64,000 bases of DNA. Source: an uncultured Acidobacteriaceae bacterium (GTDB lineage Bacteria > Acidobacteriota > Terriglobia > Bryobacterales > Bryobacteraceae). Shown here piece by piece: positions 40,655 to 50,473 of the stretch. The notes under the pieces were generated by a model, which was not told where the DNA came from, did no database searches, and worked only from the letters and a program-made list of their open reading frames with translations. Every line of letters starts with the position of its first letter. The first letter of the stretch is position 1. The DNA lies in the NCBI GenBank assembly GCA_963795445.1, contig CAWCHX010000017.1, positions 281,743-345,742 of the forward strand. The letters run 5' to 3'. The translations under genes and the position numbers were made by a program.

Positions 40655-41269
40655 CAACGACTGAATGCCACCCGCTTTCTCGCGGCGGACCTCCTCGGAT
40701 GGATTCTTTAGCCCTGGATATGGGCCACTACAAAAGGCTATAACGGTCCGAGGGGTCATTCCTAGAGAGCAGAGGCGGGTCACTTCTGGCGAGCGCCGAA
40801 GAGTCGCACAGGAAGAAGTCTTGGCGGCGTGGCATCTACTCGGTACAGGTGGTGCGGTGGCTGAGGCTCTACCGCGTATTCCTCCCCTCGCGGGTACAGT
40901 CGGGAATGCCTGCTCGTACTATGTACGGAGCCGCGCCACAAACGCGAGGAAACAAATAAACGTGAAAAAAGAAATTGCCAGCGCTGGCACTGTTGCACCG
41001 TGCGTAAGCAGACCGGCGCAGAGCAGAACAATCAGACCAATGAAGATCCACGTTTGAAGCGCTCCGTACGGAACCAATTCGTTGGAGTCTGACTACAAGC
41101 CCAACCTCGTAGGTAGCTGATCGCTCGTCGCTAGTTTCGCGTCCGCTCTGTGCGGCGAAGTCATTGAGCTGAAGTGTACTTCCATGCCTTCAAGGTACAG
41201 GAAACGAGCTACGAAGCGACGCGGAAGAAGAGATCCGGAATCGCGGCGATCATAATGGAAATTTTCCGC

Positions 41270-41296
41270 TTGACTATAATCCAATTGTTATATAAC
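41270..41296 (+). promoter_or_regulatory. candidate promoter with palindrome GTTATATAAC upstream of the ArsR-family gene
   Basis: TTGACT (41270-41275), a 15-nt spacer, then TATAAC (41291-41296). The self-complementary 10-mer at 41287-41296 overlaps the -10, which is the position expected for an autorepressor site. Prediction only. Confidence 0.3.
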
Positions 41297-41318
41297 ATTC
41301 AGCTTATATACCGCCGGG

Positions 41319-41648
41319 ATGCCGAACCTCGATACTACCTTCTCCGCGCTGTCCGATCCGACACGCCGGGCAATCCTGGCCCGTCTCGCCCTTGGCGAAG
41401 CAACCGTCATGGAGCTGGCGAAACCCTTCCAGATGACGCAACCCGCAGTCTCACGGCACCTGAAAGTGCTCGAAGGCGCAGGCCTAATTGTCCGTCGAGT
41501 GGACGGCGCTAAGCGCCCTTGCCGGCTGGCAAAGGGTGGTATCGAAGCCATTGATCAATGGCTGGCGATGCTGCGGGAAGCTTTGGCCAAAAACTACGAC
41601 AGGCTGGACGAGATTCTGGCAGACATGAAACCCGAGAAAGGAAAGTAA
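41319..41648 (+). CDS. ArsR/SmtB-family transcriptional regulator
   Basis: Reads FSALSDPTRRAILARLALGEATVMELAKPFQMTQPAVSRHLKVLEGAGLI, a winged HTH. Confidence 0.88.
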   Translation: MPNLDTTFSALSDPTRRAILARLALGEATVMELAKPFQMTQPAVSRHLKVLEGAGLIVRRVDGAKRPCRLAKGGIEAIDQWLAMLREALAKNYDRLDEILADMKPEKGK

Positions 41649-41653
41649 ACACG

Positions 41654-42121
41654 ATGAGCAACAAAATGACGCTTACGACAGAAGGCGATACACATGTCGT
41701 TGTGACAAGGCGCTTCGCCGCGCCGCCAGAGGCCATATACCGTGCACACACAGAGCCGGAACTGATCCGGAAATGGTTGCTGGGCCCTGAAGGGTGGACG
41801 ATGCCCGTTTGCATCAGCGACGCGCGCCCAAACGGGAACATACGGTACGAGTGGACCAACGGCAAAGGGGGCGGGTTCTACCTGACCGGCGAATATCTGG
41901 TGCTGGAGCCTTACAGCAGAATCGTTCATGTGGAGCGGATGTATTTGCCCGACCCGACGCCGGATAACCACGTTGAAACGACGTTCGATCCGGACGGCGC
42001 CGGCACTTTGATGACGGTGCGCATGACCCTGCCCGATGCGGAAACACGGGCGCGCATGCTCGCGACCGGTATGGAGCACGGAATGGAAGCGAGCTACGTT
42101 CGGCTAGAAAGTGCGCTGTAA
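41654..42121 (+). CDS. SRPBCC-superfamily protein (AHSA1/Aha1-like domain)
   Basis: 155 aa from the ATG at 41654. Reads ...VVVTRRFAAPPEAIYRAHTEPELIRKWL.GPEGW... The ArsR+SRPBCC pair is a very common two-gene unit. Confidence 0.8.
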   Translation: MSNKMTLTTEGDTHVVVTRRFAAPPEAIYRAHTEPELIRKWLLGPEGWTMPVCISDARPNGNIRYEWTNGKGGGFYLTGEYLVLEPYSRIVHVERMYLPDPTPDNHVETTFDPDGAGTLMTVRMTLPDAETRARMLATGMEHGMEASYVRLESAL

Positions 42122-42131
42122 CCGGCGTCGC

Positions 42132-43172
42132 TCACAAACGATATGAGCCGGGCAGCGGATTGCGATTTTGGAACTGTCGTTGGTGCCAATACGGATACGC
42201 CACCTGCGGCTGACTCGCTTCATCTAATTTGGCCACCTGTTCGGCTGTTGATACAAAGCTCGCCGCCGCCAGATTATCGCGCAGCTGCTGTTCGTTGCGC
42301 GCGCCGATGATCACGCTCGAGATCGTCGGCTTTCGCAGCAGCCAGTTCAGCGCCAGTTGCGGCACGCTCTTTCCTGTCTCGGCCGAAAGCGCTTCTAGCG
42401 CGTCCACCACTTTGTACAGATACTCAGGCGGCACGGTCGGCCCTTGTTCAGCCGCCTTGTGAAGCCGGCTCACCTCCGGCAGCGGCTGGCCCCGGCGAAT
42501 CTTCCCCGTCAGCCGCCCCCAACCCAGCGGACTCCACACCAAAGCGCCAAGGCCTTCCGATTGCGCCTGCGGCATCAACTCCCACTCGTAATCGCGCCCC
42601 ACTAGCGAATAATAAACCTGGTGGCAAACGTACCGTGGCCATCCATACTGCCCACTGAGGTCAAGCGATTTTTGTAAGTGCCAGCCTGAAAAATTCGAAG
42701 CCGCGATATAGCGCACCTTGCCTTGCCGTACCGCCTGGTCCAACGTGGACAGCGTCTCTTCAACCGGGGTTAGCGCGTCGAAGGCATGCATGTGATAGAC
42801 GTCGATGTAATCGGTCTTCAGGCGCTTCAAGCTCCCCTCGATCTGCCGGATCAAATGGTGCCTCGACGAGCCCACGTTGTTCGGACCCTCACCGAACGCA
42901 AACGTCGCCTTGCTGGAAATGAGCAGCTTCTCGCGTGGCGCCTGCCGAATCGCCTCGCCCAGGATTTCCTCCGAAAGGCCTTGCGAGTACACATCCGCCG
43001 TATCGAAGAAATTGACTCCCGCTTCCAGGCAGATTTCGATCAGGCGTGTCGCTTCTTTCACATCGGTCTCACCCCATGCCCGGAAGAATTCATTCCCTCC
43101 GCCAAACGTGCCCGTGCCCAGGCAGAGAATCGGCACTTGCAGGCCGCTCTTTCCTAATTGTCGAAATTCCAT
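42132..43172 (-). CDS. aldo/keto reductase
   Basis: MEFRQLGKSGLQVPILCLGTGTFGG...FFDTADVYSQGLSEEILG...YIDVYHMH...IGARN. Start placed at the ATG at 43172. Confidence 0.88.
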   Translation of the reverse strand: MEFRQLGKSGLQVPILCLGTGTFGGGNEFFRAWGETDVKEATRLIEICLEAGVNFFDTADVYSQGLSEEILGEAIRQAPREKLLISSKATFAFGEGPNNVGSSRHHLIRQIEGSLKRLKTDYIDVYHMHAFDALTPVEETLSTLDQAVRQGKVRYIAASNFSGWHLQKSLDLSGQYGWPRYVCHQVYYSLVGRDYEWELMPQAQSEGLGALVWSPLGWGRLTGKIRRGQPLPEVSRLHKAAEQGPTVPPEYLYKVVDALEALSAETGKSVPQLALNWLLRKPTISSVIIGARNEQQLRDNLAAASFVSTAEQVAKLDEASQPQVAYPYWHQRQFQNRNPLPGSYRL

Positions 43173-43247
43173 ATGGATTGGATACGCGAACATCGGCTTT
43201 GGTCGCAACCGTATCCCGGTTCTGTTTCCTTCGGAATCGCGCTTGCA

Positions 43248-46004
43248 CTATTCGTGCCGTAATGCGGTAAGTGGGTCGATGCGCGATGCGCGCGTTGCGG
43301 GCGCGTAACCGGCCAGAATCAACGCAGCCACTAGGGTTCCAGCCGCCAACAACATCGCCAGTGGGTCGGCGGGTTTGATTCCGAACACAAAAGATTTGAT
43401 CGTGGACATGGCGCTCCACGCGCAGAGGAGGCCAATCGCCAGTCCCGCAGCGGCAAGCGCTAGCACTTCGCGCAGGATCATCCACATGATACGCCGGCGT
43501 TCGGCCCCCAGCGCCATTCGAATACCGATTTCATTCCTGCGACGCGAGACCGCATAGGCCATGCTGCCGTACAGCCCGACACACGCGATCATAAGCGCGA
43601 GGACCGCGAACACGGTGCAGAGATCGGCAAACGTGCGCTCCTGGGTAATGGTGCTGTCGATGCGCTGCGATTGCGTCATCATGCTCTTGACAGGGACGTT
43701 CGCGGCGGCTTCATGGACAGTCCTGCGAACGGTCTCCGCAAGCGCAAGAGGGTTGTCCGCCGTCCGCAGTTCGAAGAACATGGCGACAGGCGGACGTTTG
43801 ATATTGTCCTGTAGATAGGAGAGATATGCCACTGGCGGAATCGCCCGCTTCAGCGAGTTATAGCGAGCGTTCTTCGCGACACCCACGATCGTCATGTCGT
43901 GTGTGTCCGAGTTGCCCAACCCAAAGTGCCGCCCGATGGGATTCTGGTTGGAGAAATACTTTTTAGCGAAGACTTCGTTCACCACGGCAGTAAGAGGCGC
44001 TCCAACCACATCGCGTGAGTCGATGGGACGGCCAAGCAAAACCGGAAGCTGCATCGTTTCGAAAAACGTCGGACCGACTGAAATAAAGGACGTGGTCGGG
44101 CCGCCGCGGCCTTCCTGTTTGGGAACACCTGGCAGAACGACAATGGTCGAGCTGTTCCAACCGGCAACCAGCGGCATGTCCGTTGCTGTTGCGGCTCGAA
44201 CGCCCGGCAGAGCCCGGAATCGCTCGTCCATGCGGGCATAGAACGCCTTCAGCGTCGCGTCTTTGTAGCCCGCCTGGCTCGCATCCAAGCTGAACGTCAG
44301 AAGCTTCTCCTGGTTGAAGCCGATCTCCACCGAATGAAGCTTGGCAAGTGTGCGGACAAAGAGCGCGGCTCCCAGCACCAGCAGCAGCGAAAGGGCGATC
44401 TGGCAGACAACCAGAAACTGGCTCAGGCCGACGCGGTGTCCACGGCGGCTCGGGGCGCTGGCGCGAGTCTCCTTAAGCGCCGGGGTGATGTCCAAGCGCG
44501 TGGCTGCAATCGCGGGTGCGAGGCCGAAAAGAATCCCCGTGGCAAACGCTACCGCGATCGTGAAGGCGAGGATGCGCCAATCGAGTTTCGCGGCGAAGGC
44601 TGAAATCTTCGCGGCCACCGGCCAGCAGCCAAACGAGGAAACGAATCCCAGCAGCCGCAATCGCCTAGGCCCACAATGCCTCCAGGCAGCGCCAGCAGCA
44701 CGCTCTCCGTCAGCAACTGCCGCAGCACGCGCAGGCGGCTTGCCCCCAGACTGAGCCGCACCGCGATCTCGCGCCGCCTCGCCGCGGCGCGGGCGAGAAG
44801 CAGGTTCGCAATATTGGCGCAAGCGATAGCCAGGATGAAAGCGACCATGGTCATCAGGACAAAAAGTGGCTTCGAATACTGCCGCCGCAGCGAGTCGACG
44901 CCGGATCCGCCTTCCTCAAGCCAAAGCGCCGGAAGGTCGGCCCGCTCCTTATCGTTCGCCGCCGAGGCCGAGCGCGAATTGATGGAATCGTGCCGCAAGT
45001 TCGGCTTGCGCGTGCGCCAGCGTAATGCCGGGACGTAGGCGGCCCATCATATCGGCCCAATAGAAATGCGGATCGATGAACATCGTGTCGTGCTCGTCTG
45101 CCGTAGTTTCGGGCCAGCGAGGGGCGGTTCACGATGGGAACGTAAACCACCGGAGCGGAACCCGGGGTGACGCCAAAGAACTCCGGTGCGGCGACGCCCT
45201 CGATCGTGAATGGAATATTGTTGATGCTGACGATCTGGCCAATGGCCGCCGGATTCCCCGCGAACCGCTCGCGCCAGTAGTTGTAACTAAGGACCGCCAC
45301 CTGCGATGCGCCAGCCAGGTTATCGCCCTCGGCAATCAGCCGCCCCGCAGCCGGAACGATTCCGAGGCCGCTGAAGAAATTGCCCGAGACGAATTCAACC
45401 GGGCCGAGTTCGGCCTGCCCGTGGACCGCTAGCGTTGAGTTGCCCCGCCGTTTTGATATGCGAAGAGCGTCGAGAAGACGTTGTTGTGATCGCGAAGTAA
45501 GTTCGTAGGCCGGCCATGGGAAATCCGGGCTGGTTTTACCCCCTCCCGGCTCATCGTAAGCTGCTCGCCGGAATGACTCTGGACGACGGCGGGCTCCTGT
45601 TTAGTTTCGCGCGCCAGTTCAGAATCACTAGTTCGCCGGGATTCCGAACCGGCAGCGCTCGAATCATAATCGCGTCCATGACGCTGTAGATCGCGGTATT
45701 CGCGCCGATGCCCTAGCGCCAGCGATAACACAGCCATGGCCGTGAACAACGGATTCTTGCACAAGGTGCGCCAACCGTAACGGATATCCTGGCCCAGCCG
45801 TTGCAATGATGTCCAGCCCCACATTTCGCGAAGATCCTCCTTCAGCAGCAGCACGTTCCCAAAGTCGCGATGGCTGGCCCATTCGGCCTCTTCGCGTGGA
45901 ATGCCCGAGCGTATTCGCTCCTCCGCCTCGGCCGCCAGATCGTGCGCAATCTCATCCTCGAGATCGGTATTACGCTGTCTCCAGCGCCAAAAATGCCACC
46001 GCAT
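43248..46004 (-). pseudogene. ADOP-family duplicated permease (PadR-linked), reading frame broken at >=8 points
   Basis: The N-terminal leader MRWHFWRWRQRNTDLEDEIAHDL...DIRYGWRTLCKNPLF starts 2 nt after the PadR stop. The body must be read across three frames with breaks near 45706, 45640, 45560, 45500, 45435, 45095, 44975 and 44655. The last 524 codons (second FtsX module, ...RIDPLTALRHE*) are intact. Confidence 0.8.
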
Positions 46005-46006
46005 CG

Positions 46007-46378
46007 TTAGCCCCCTTGTGCCGGACGCATGACGCGGGTGATAGCGCGAACGAAAAGCTTCCATTTGGATTGCTCTGCCACCAGTTGCTTTTTTCCCGCC
46101 GCGGTCAGCCGGTAATACTTTGCCCGTCGGTTTAGGTCCGAACTCTTCCATTCCGCCGAGATCAGGCCGCGAGCCTCCAGCCGATGCAGCGCCGGATATA
46201 AAGACCCGCGCTCGATTTTCAGCAAATCCGCCGAACTCTGCCGGATAGCCTGCCCGATCCCGTGTCCATGCTGCGATCCCCACTGCAGGGTCCGCAAAAT
46301 CAGCATGTCGAGCGTGCCCTGAAGCAGCTCGATTCCGTTTTCACTAGAGTTATTGTGAGCCATTCGCTTAGCAGACAT
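46007..46378 (-). CDS. PadR-family transcriptional regulator
   Basis: Reads LLQGTLDMLILRTLQWGSQHGHGIGQAIRQSSADLLKIERGSLYPALHRLEARGLISAEWK...RRAKYYRLT. Intact, and directly upstream of the decayed ADOP gene. Confidence 0.9.
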   Translation of the reverse strand: MSAKRMAHNNSSENGIELLQGTLDMLILRTLQWGSQHGHGIGQAIRQSSADLLKIERGSLYPALHRLEARGLISAEWKSSDLNRRAKYYRLTAAGKKQLVAEQSKWKLFVRAITRVMRPAQGG

Positions 46379-46410
46379 TCTAGTAGAACATTCGTCTCCT
46401 GTCTACTAGA
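46379..46410. promoter_or_regulatory. 9-bp perfect inverted repeat TCTAGTAGA-N14-TCTACTAGA abutting the PadR start codon (candidate operator)
   Basis: The arms are at 46379-46387 and 46402-46410, and a third partial copy (CTGCTAGTG) follows at 46416. The position suits an autoregulatory PadR site. No experimental knowledge supports this. Confidence 0.35.
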
Positions 46411-46765
46411 CGGTCTGCTAGTGCCGCAGCTCCAGCCGACATTATGCAATGCGGCGCTCCGTCCGGCGATACCGGCCATGTTTTCAGCGAACGCGACTAC
46501 CAAGCGTCATTCCAGTAGCTCCTGGCTCACGCGCCACACAGAAGCTGGCGGGAAACAAGCCGGCCTATCGTTCCTAACGCAGTTCCCGCCGATTCCCGCG
46601 CATCCGCACGAGACCTCCAAGTTGTGAACTCCTCTCCGGATCGCTGACCCACGGGAGCTTACCACCCGTTCCGGCTTTCAAGGATGTTCCTCGACGTACC
46701 TTCGGGCGAAAAGAGACGCCGATGATAGTTTAGTTCTCAACTCCCACAAGCGTTAGAATCCCACT

Positions 46766-47297
46766 GTGAAGCAGCACTACACCAACGAGTACGTCTGGTA
46801 CAACGAGTTCAAAATGTTCGTCGACGGCTGGACTACGGCCAGTGACGATTACCTCGGGGACAAGCCATTCGACAAATTTCTATACGTTGAGGAAGCCGAG
46901 ACATGGGAGGAGTTTTTGGCATGGTGCAAACCTCTGCAAGGTGGCTGGGGGTTTCGGGGCCAATCCAAATCAAGCTGGGCACTCTATCCCTCGATCAATC
47001 GAATCCTGTTCGTAAAGGGTGGTGATTCACCCGAACCTTGTTTCAACTCCCAAGATCAGAAAACTTCAAGTAAGCGGTTCGCTGCGTTTTACGTTTCTTC
47101 AGCACCTGCAAGTCGCAAATATCCACCGTGGCTCCTTGTTTCCCGATCTGGACGGGTTTGCCAGATCGCTCGATGTTGATTTACGAATTAAGATGGATGA
47201 GCGACGTCGAGAATACGAGGAGCAACGTGAGAGGCAGGCTTATCATTCTGTTTCACTCGCCGAGGAAGATGGGGCCAACGATCAAGGTGATGAATGA
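46766..47297 (+). pseudogene. decayed FRG-domain protein (N-terminal FRGQ motif and C-terminal LFPDL motif in different frames, core missing)
   Basis: Frame A reads ...GGWGFRGQSKSSWALYPSINR. Frame B (from 47019) reads ...LQVANIHRGSLFPDLDGFARSL.... The conserved central block of FRG proteins is absent. Confidence 0.5.
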
Positions 47298-47713
47298 TAC
47301 GGAGCTTAGATGTTCGCTTTCTGACTCATCAAGCCCCGTCCGAAGCAATCCATTTCGCCATGGGGCGCGCTGCGCTCCCGGTGCCTGTTCCCTTGCCGTG
47401 GGCAGTTTCCGCAGATCACTCGCACAAACGCCTTTCGTCGCTGAACCCCGCCACTGGCCTCATATTCGCCCCAACCCGTAACCTATTCCGCCAACTCGTA
47501 CTCGTACCTTCTCACGTCCTAGCCCAACGCTCCTCGATTTGAAAGAACGAACCCAAACCAGTTCGTTCGGTAAAACGCCTTAACCGCCCTCCCGAATTTT
47601 CACGTTCACGATTTTTTAAAATCTTTCTTTTCACCGCGAATCAACAGCTTCCCTGCCACGCCTGCCGTCGCGCCGCACTTTCCGCCCCTACACTCATACA
47701 CGGAAGCACGCGT

Positions 47714-48315
47714 ATGAACGATTTCATCCTCGAAGAAAATTTGCCCGACGCGCCGGAATCTGAGCCGTCGCCCGCGCCCAAAGAAAAAGAAATCCGTCCG
47801 GGCCACTCTACCGGTCCGACCAGCATTAACGGTAAAGCGCGTTCCAGCATGAACCGCCTTACGCACGGCTGCGCTCCGCCAAAACCGTTCTCCCCGACGA
47901 AGATCCCGCCGAATTCGAAGCCGCCATGCAGGCCTGGTATGACCAGTTTGAACCCGCCGAAGACGACGATATCGCCGCCATGCTGGTCGAAGAAACCGGC
48001 CGCGCTCACTGGATGTTTAAACGCAATCGCAAGCGCCTGGAAGAAGTCGAACACCGCCTCCCCGGTGATGCCGGCCTATGGACTCCCAATCACGACCACC
48101 GTTACTCCAACGCGCTGCGCTATCAAACTACCGCCCAACGCGAGTTTTTCCGCTGGTTCAAAGCTCTCGAACACCACTACGACCGCATTCATCGGGATGA
48201 GCACCTCAAGCAACTCGCCTTCGCCAAAATGGCTGCCGTGGAACTCCAAGCGAAAGCCAAGCAGATCATCGAAGGCGAAACATCTGCGTTCGGTGCCGGC
48301 CATGACCGGCAGTAG
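47714..48315 (+). pseudogene. hypothetical protein of a recurrent uncharacterised family, frame break near 47875
   Basis: MNDFILEENLPDA...HSTGPTSINGKARSSMNRLTHGC continues in the next frame as SAKTVLPDEDPAEFEAAMQAWYDQFEPAEDDDIAAMLVEETGRAHWMFKRNRKRLEE.... The GP.T.EGKA.SS.N...HG / VLP.ED..EF pattern recurs in many soil-bacterial hypothetical proteins. Confidence 0.5.
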
Positions 48316-48426
48316 ATGCCAAAAAGCCGCGCACCACTGTGGCTTGCGACACCGTGCCTTGCGATGTTCCGGCTTACGCCCTACCCGGTTGGAGTTTGCC
48401 CGATCGGGGAAATGCCAAAACGCCCT

Positions 48427-49356
48427 CTACGGACGAGCAGTTGGAAACGGTCCCAGATTACGGCCCTTCTTAGGGAAGGCGGCGGCGATTCGAAACAAGT
48501 GTTGCAAAAAGACCTTTTGCGCTCGCGTTTGAAAATGCCGGCTCAGCATTGTCACCCCCAGGCTGCGAGTTGCCTGGTCATTTGCGATGCGGATGAAACG
48601 GCATCCTCGGGCCCACTGAACCGCCATTTTCGGAACGGCCGAGATGCCCATGCCGGCAGAGACCATCGCCAGAATTGTCGCGAACTGTCCACTTTCAAAC
48701 ACGACATTCGGCACGACGCGGGATTTCGCGCACGCCTCGATCGTGCTATCGCGAAAGCAGTGCCCCTCTTTCAACAACAGAAACCGGCTCTCTTTGGGAA
48801 TTTCCTCGAGTCTGATCACCTTGCGATGCGATAGTGAATGCGAATCCGGCACGACCAGAAAAAATGGTTCCCGCAGCAGCTTCAGCGAAAGCAACTCGAT
48901 TCCGTCGAGTGGTAATGCGGCGATGATCAAGTCGACCTCTCCGGCGTGCAGCCGGTCGAGAAGAACGGGTGTCGTGTCCTCGATTACGTTGATCACGATT
49001 CCGGGATGTTGCCGTGAAAAACCGCTGAGTACGGGAGGGAGCAGATAAGGCGCAACGGTTGGAATGGCGCCGATGGACACTTCACCTTTATCTTTTCCGC
49101 TCATCTCCAGGATTTCCGTTTTAGCTTCGGACAAGTCGCGAAGAATCCGTTCCGCTTTGGGCAGGAACGCCGCGCCGAACGAGGTCAGCCGGGCCGATTT
49201 GGATAGCCGATCGAAGAGCTTCGCACCCAGCTCGGTTTCCAATTTCAAAATCTGCTGAGAGAGCGAAGGCTGCGCGACCCGTTCTGCCTGCGCGGCGCGC
49301 GTAAAGGTGCCATTTCTCGCAATCGCGCAGAAATAACGCAGTTGATGGATTTCCAC
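48427..49356 (-). CDS. oxyR: LysR-family regulator, OxyR-like (hydrogen peroxide sensor)
   Basis: The HTH reads IHQLRYFCAIARNGTFTRAAQAERVAQPSLSQQILKLE. The redox pair context LLLKEGHCFRDSTIEACAKS has the same C-x8-C spacing as E. coli OxyR C199/C208. The start is taken as the GTG at 49356, which follows GGAGAA. The ORF-track ATG is at 49407. Confidence 0.8.
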   Translation of the reverse strand: MEIHQLRYFCAIARNGTFTRAAQAERVAQPSLSQQILKLETELGAKLFDRLSKSARLTSFGAAFLPKAERILRDLSEAKTEILEMSGKDKGEVSIGAIPTVAPYLLPPVLSGFSRQHPGIVINVIEDTTPVLLDRLHAGEVDLIIAALPLDGIELLSLKLLREPFFLVVPDSHSLSHRKVIRLEEIPKESRFLLLKEGHCFRDSTIEACAKSRVVPNVVFESGQFATILAMVSAGMGISAVPKMAVQWARGCRFIRIANDQATRSLGVTMLSRHFQTRAQKVFLQHLFRIAAAFPKKGRNLGPFPTARP

Positions 49357-49385
49357 TTCTTTTATTCTCCATCCAGTCCCCAATC

Positions 49386-49437
49386 CTATGGAGTCAATAG
49401 GAAACATATATTGGACCTATAGCTGGGCGCTCAATAG
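49386..49437. promoter_or_regulatory. candidate OxyR operator in the divergent intergenic region
   Basis: ATAG/CTAT-type tetranucleotides occur at an 11-nt period: CTAT 49386, ATAG 49397, ATAT 49408, ATAG 49419. A further ATAG is at 49434. This resembles the ATAG-N7-CTAT-N7-ATAG-N7-CTAT consensus. Confidence 0.35.
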
Positions 49438-49460
49438 GCTGGTGTTGAAAGGAAGGACCT

Positions 49461-50075
49461 ATGGCCGATGGAGTAACACCAGTCGCATATGGCGACGTCA
49501 CGCAGCGTGTTGGAGTGGAAGTGATTCGGGCGCGTGGAGTTGACGTCGAGAAGTTGATCAAGACACTGATTGCGAACGCCGCGGCGGAATTCGCAAGCAC
49601 CTATTATTACTACACGATTTTGCGCATGCATCTCGCGGGTTATGAGGATTACAAGGAGATCTGCGAAGACGCTCGTCTCGAAGACCGGGCGCATTGGGAA
49701 CTGATTGTGCCTCGGATTTATGAGCTCGGTGGTGAATTGCCGAACGATCTGCCGGAGTTTCACAATCAGGCAGGGTGCGCGGCGGCAAAGCTGCCTGACC
49801 CTCCGACTGCCGTCAACATTCTGACGCTCTTGCTGGAATCGGAACGATGCGCCATCCGCAGTTGGAGCGCGGTTTGCGATATGACGTTCGGAAAGGACCC
49901 GCGAACGTATGACATGGCTGCGCGAATCCTGAATGAAGAAATCGAGCACGAGGCGTGGTTCATTGAATTGCTGGCTCATGAACGTGACGGTAAGTCGATT
50001 CCGTCCGGTCACTTCCGGCGCGGCGAACCGGGCGAGGCGCCATACAGTAAGAACGCCCGTTTCTATAATCCATAA
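49461..50075 (+). CDS. ferritin-like di-iron protein (Dps-like / bacterioferritin-related)
   Basis: 204-aa ORF. Four-helix-bundle ligand motifs are [25 protein letters not shown] and EEIEHEAWF. Divergent from the oxyR-like gene. Confidence 0.7.
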   Translation: MADGVTPVAYGDVTQRVGVEVIRARGVDVEKLIKTLIANAAAEFASTYYYYTILRMHLAGYEDYKEICEDARLEDRAHWELIVPRIYELGGELPNDLPEFHNQAGCAAAKLPDPPTAVNILTLLLESERCAIRSWSAVCDMTFGKDPRTYDMAARILNEEIEHEAWFIELLAHERDGKSIPSGHFRRGEPGEAPYSKNARFYNP

Positions 50076-50109
50076 GCCGTGAGATAAAGGAGCGGCATCG
50101 TGCGGCTGC

Positions 50110-50451
50110 ATGGATGAAACTGAGACTCACCTGGTTGTGCTGGAGACGCCCGATGGCGAGCGATCTTTCCTCTGCAATCGGAATGAGTTCATTTGGAATG
50201 CAGCCGCGCGGAACGGAATCACGCTTCCGTCCATCTGCCATCAAGGCAGATGCTTAACATGTGCCGGCCGTCTTCTTGCCGGCGAAGTAGATCAGACCAG
50301 CGCGGTCTCTTATCTCCCGGAAGATAAGGAAGCAGGATTCATTCTGCTCTGTACCGCCAGACCGATGAGCGACGTACGAGTACGGACGCATGAACAATGG
50401 CTTATGCGTGAGCACCGCCTGCAGCTTGGCTTACCCGCGCCGTATGCCTGA
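50110..50451 (+). CDS. plant-type [2Fe-2S] ferredoxin
   Basis: 113-aa ORF with the cluster motif CHQGRCLTCAG...LLC (C-x4-C-x2-C...C). Confidence 0.8.
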   Translation: MDETETHLVVLETPDGERSFLCNRNEFIWNAAARNGITLPSICHQGRCLTCAGRLLAGEVDQTSAVSYLPEDKEAGFILLCTARPMSDVRVRTHEQWLMREHRLQLGLPAPYA

Positions 50452-50473
50452 TGATCGGGAGGGAGAGAATTCA

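Noticed and set aside
47714-48532. 272-aa plus-strand ORF taken at face value
   Set aside because: After about 47875 its translation becomes Pro/Ser/Thr-rich nonsense. The neighbouring frame (47926-48315) continues the family-typical sequence. I therefore treat it as a frameshifted gene of about 200 codons ending at 48315, not a 272-aa protein.
49431-50111. 226-aa minus-strand ORF
   Set aside because: It is antisense to the ferritin-like gene, which has clear di-iron ligand motifs and sits in the expected divergent position relative to the OxyR-like gene.
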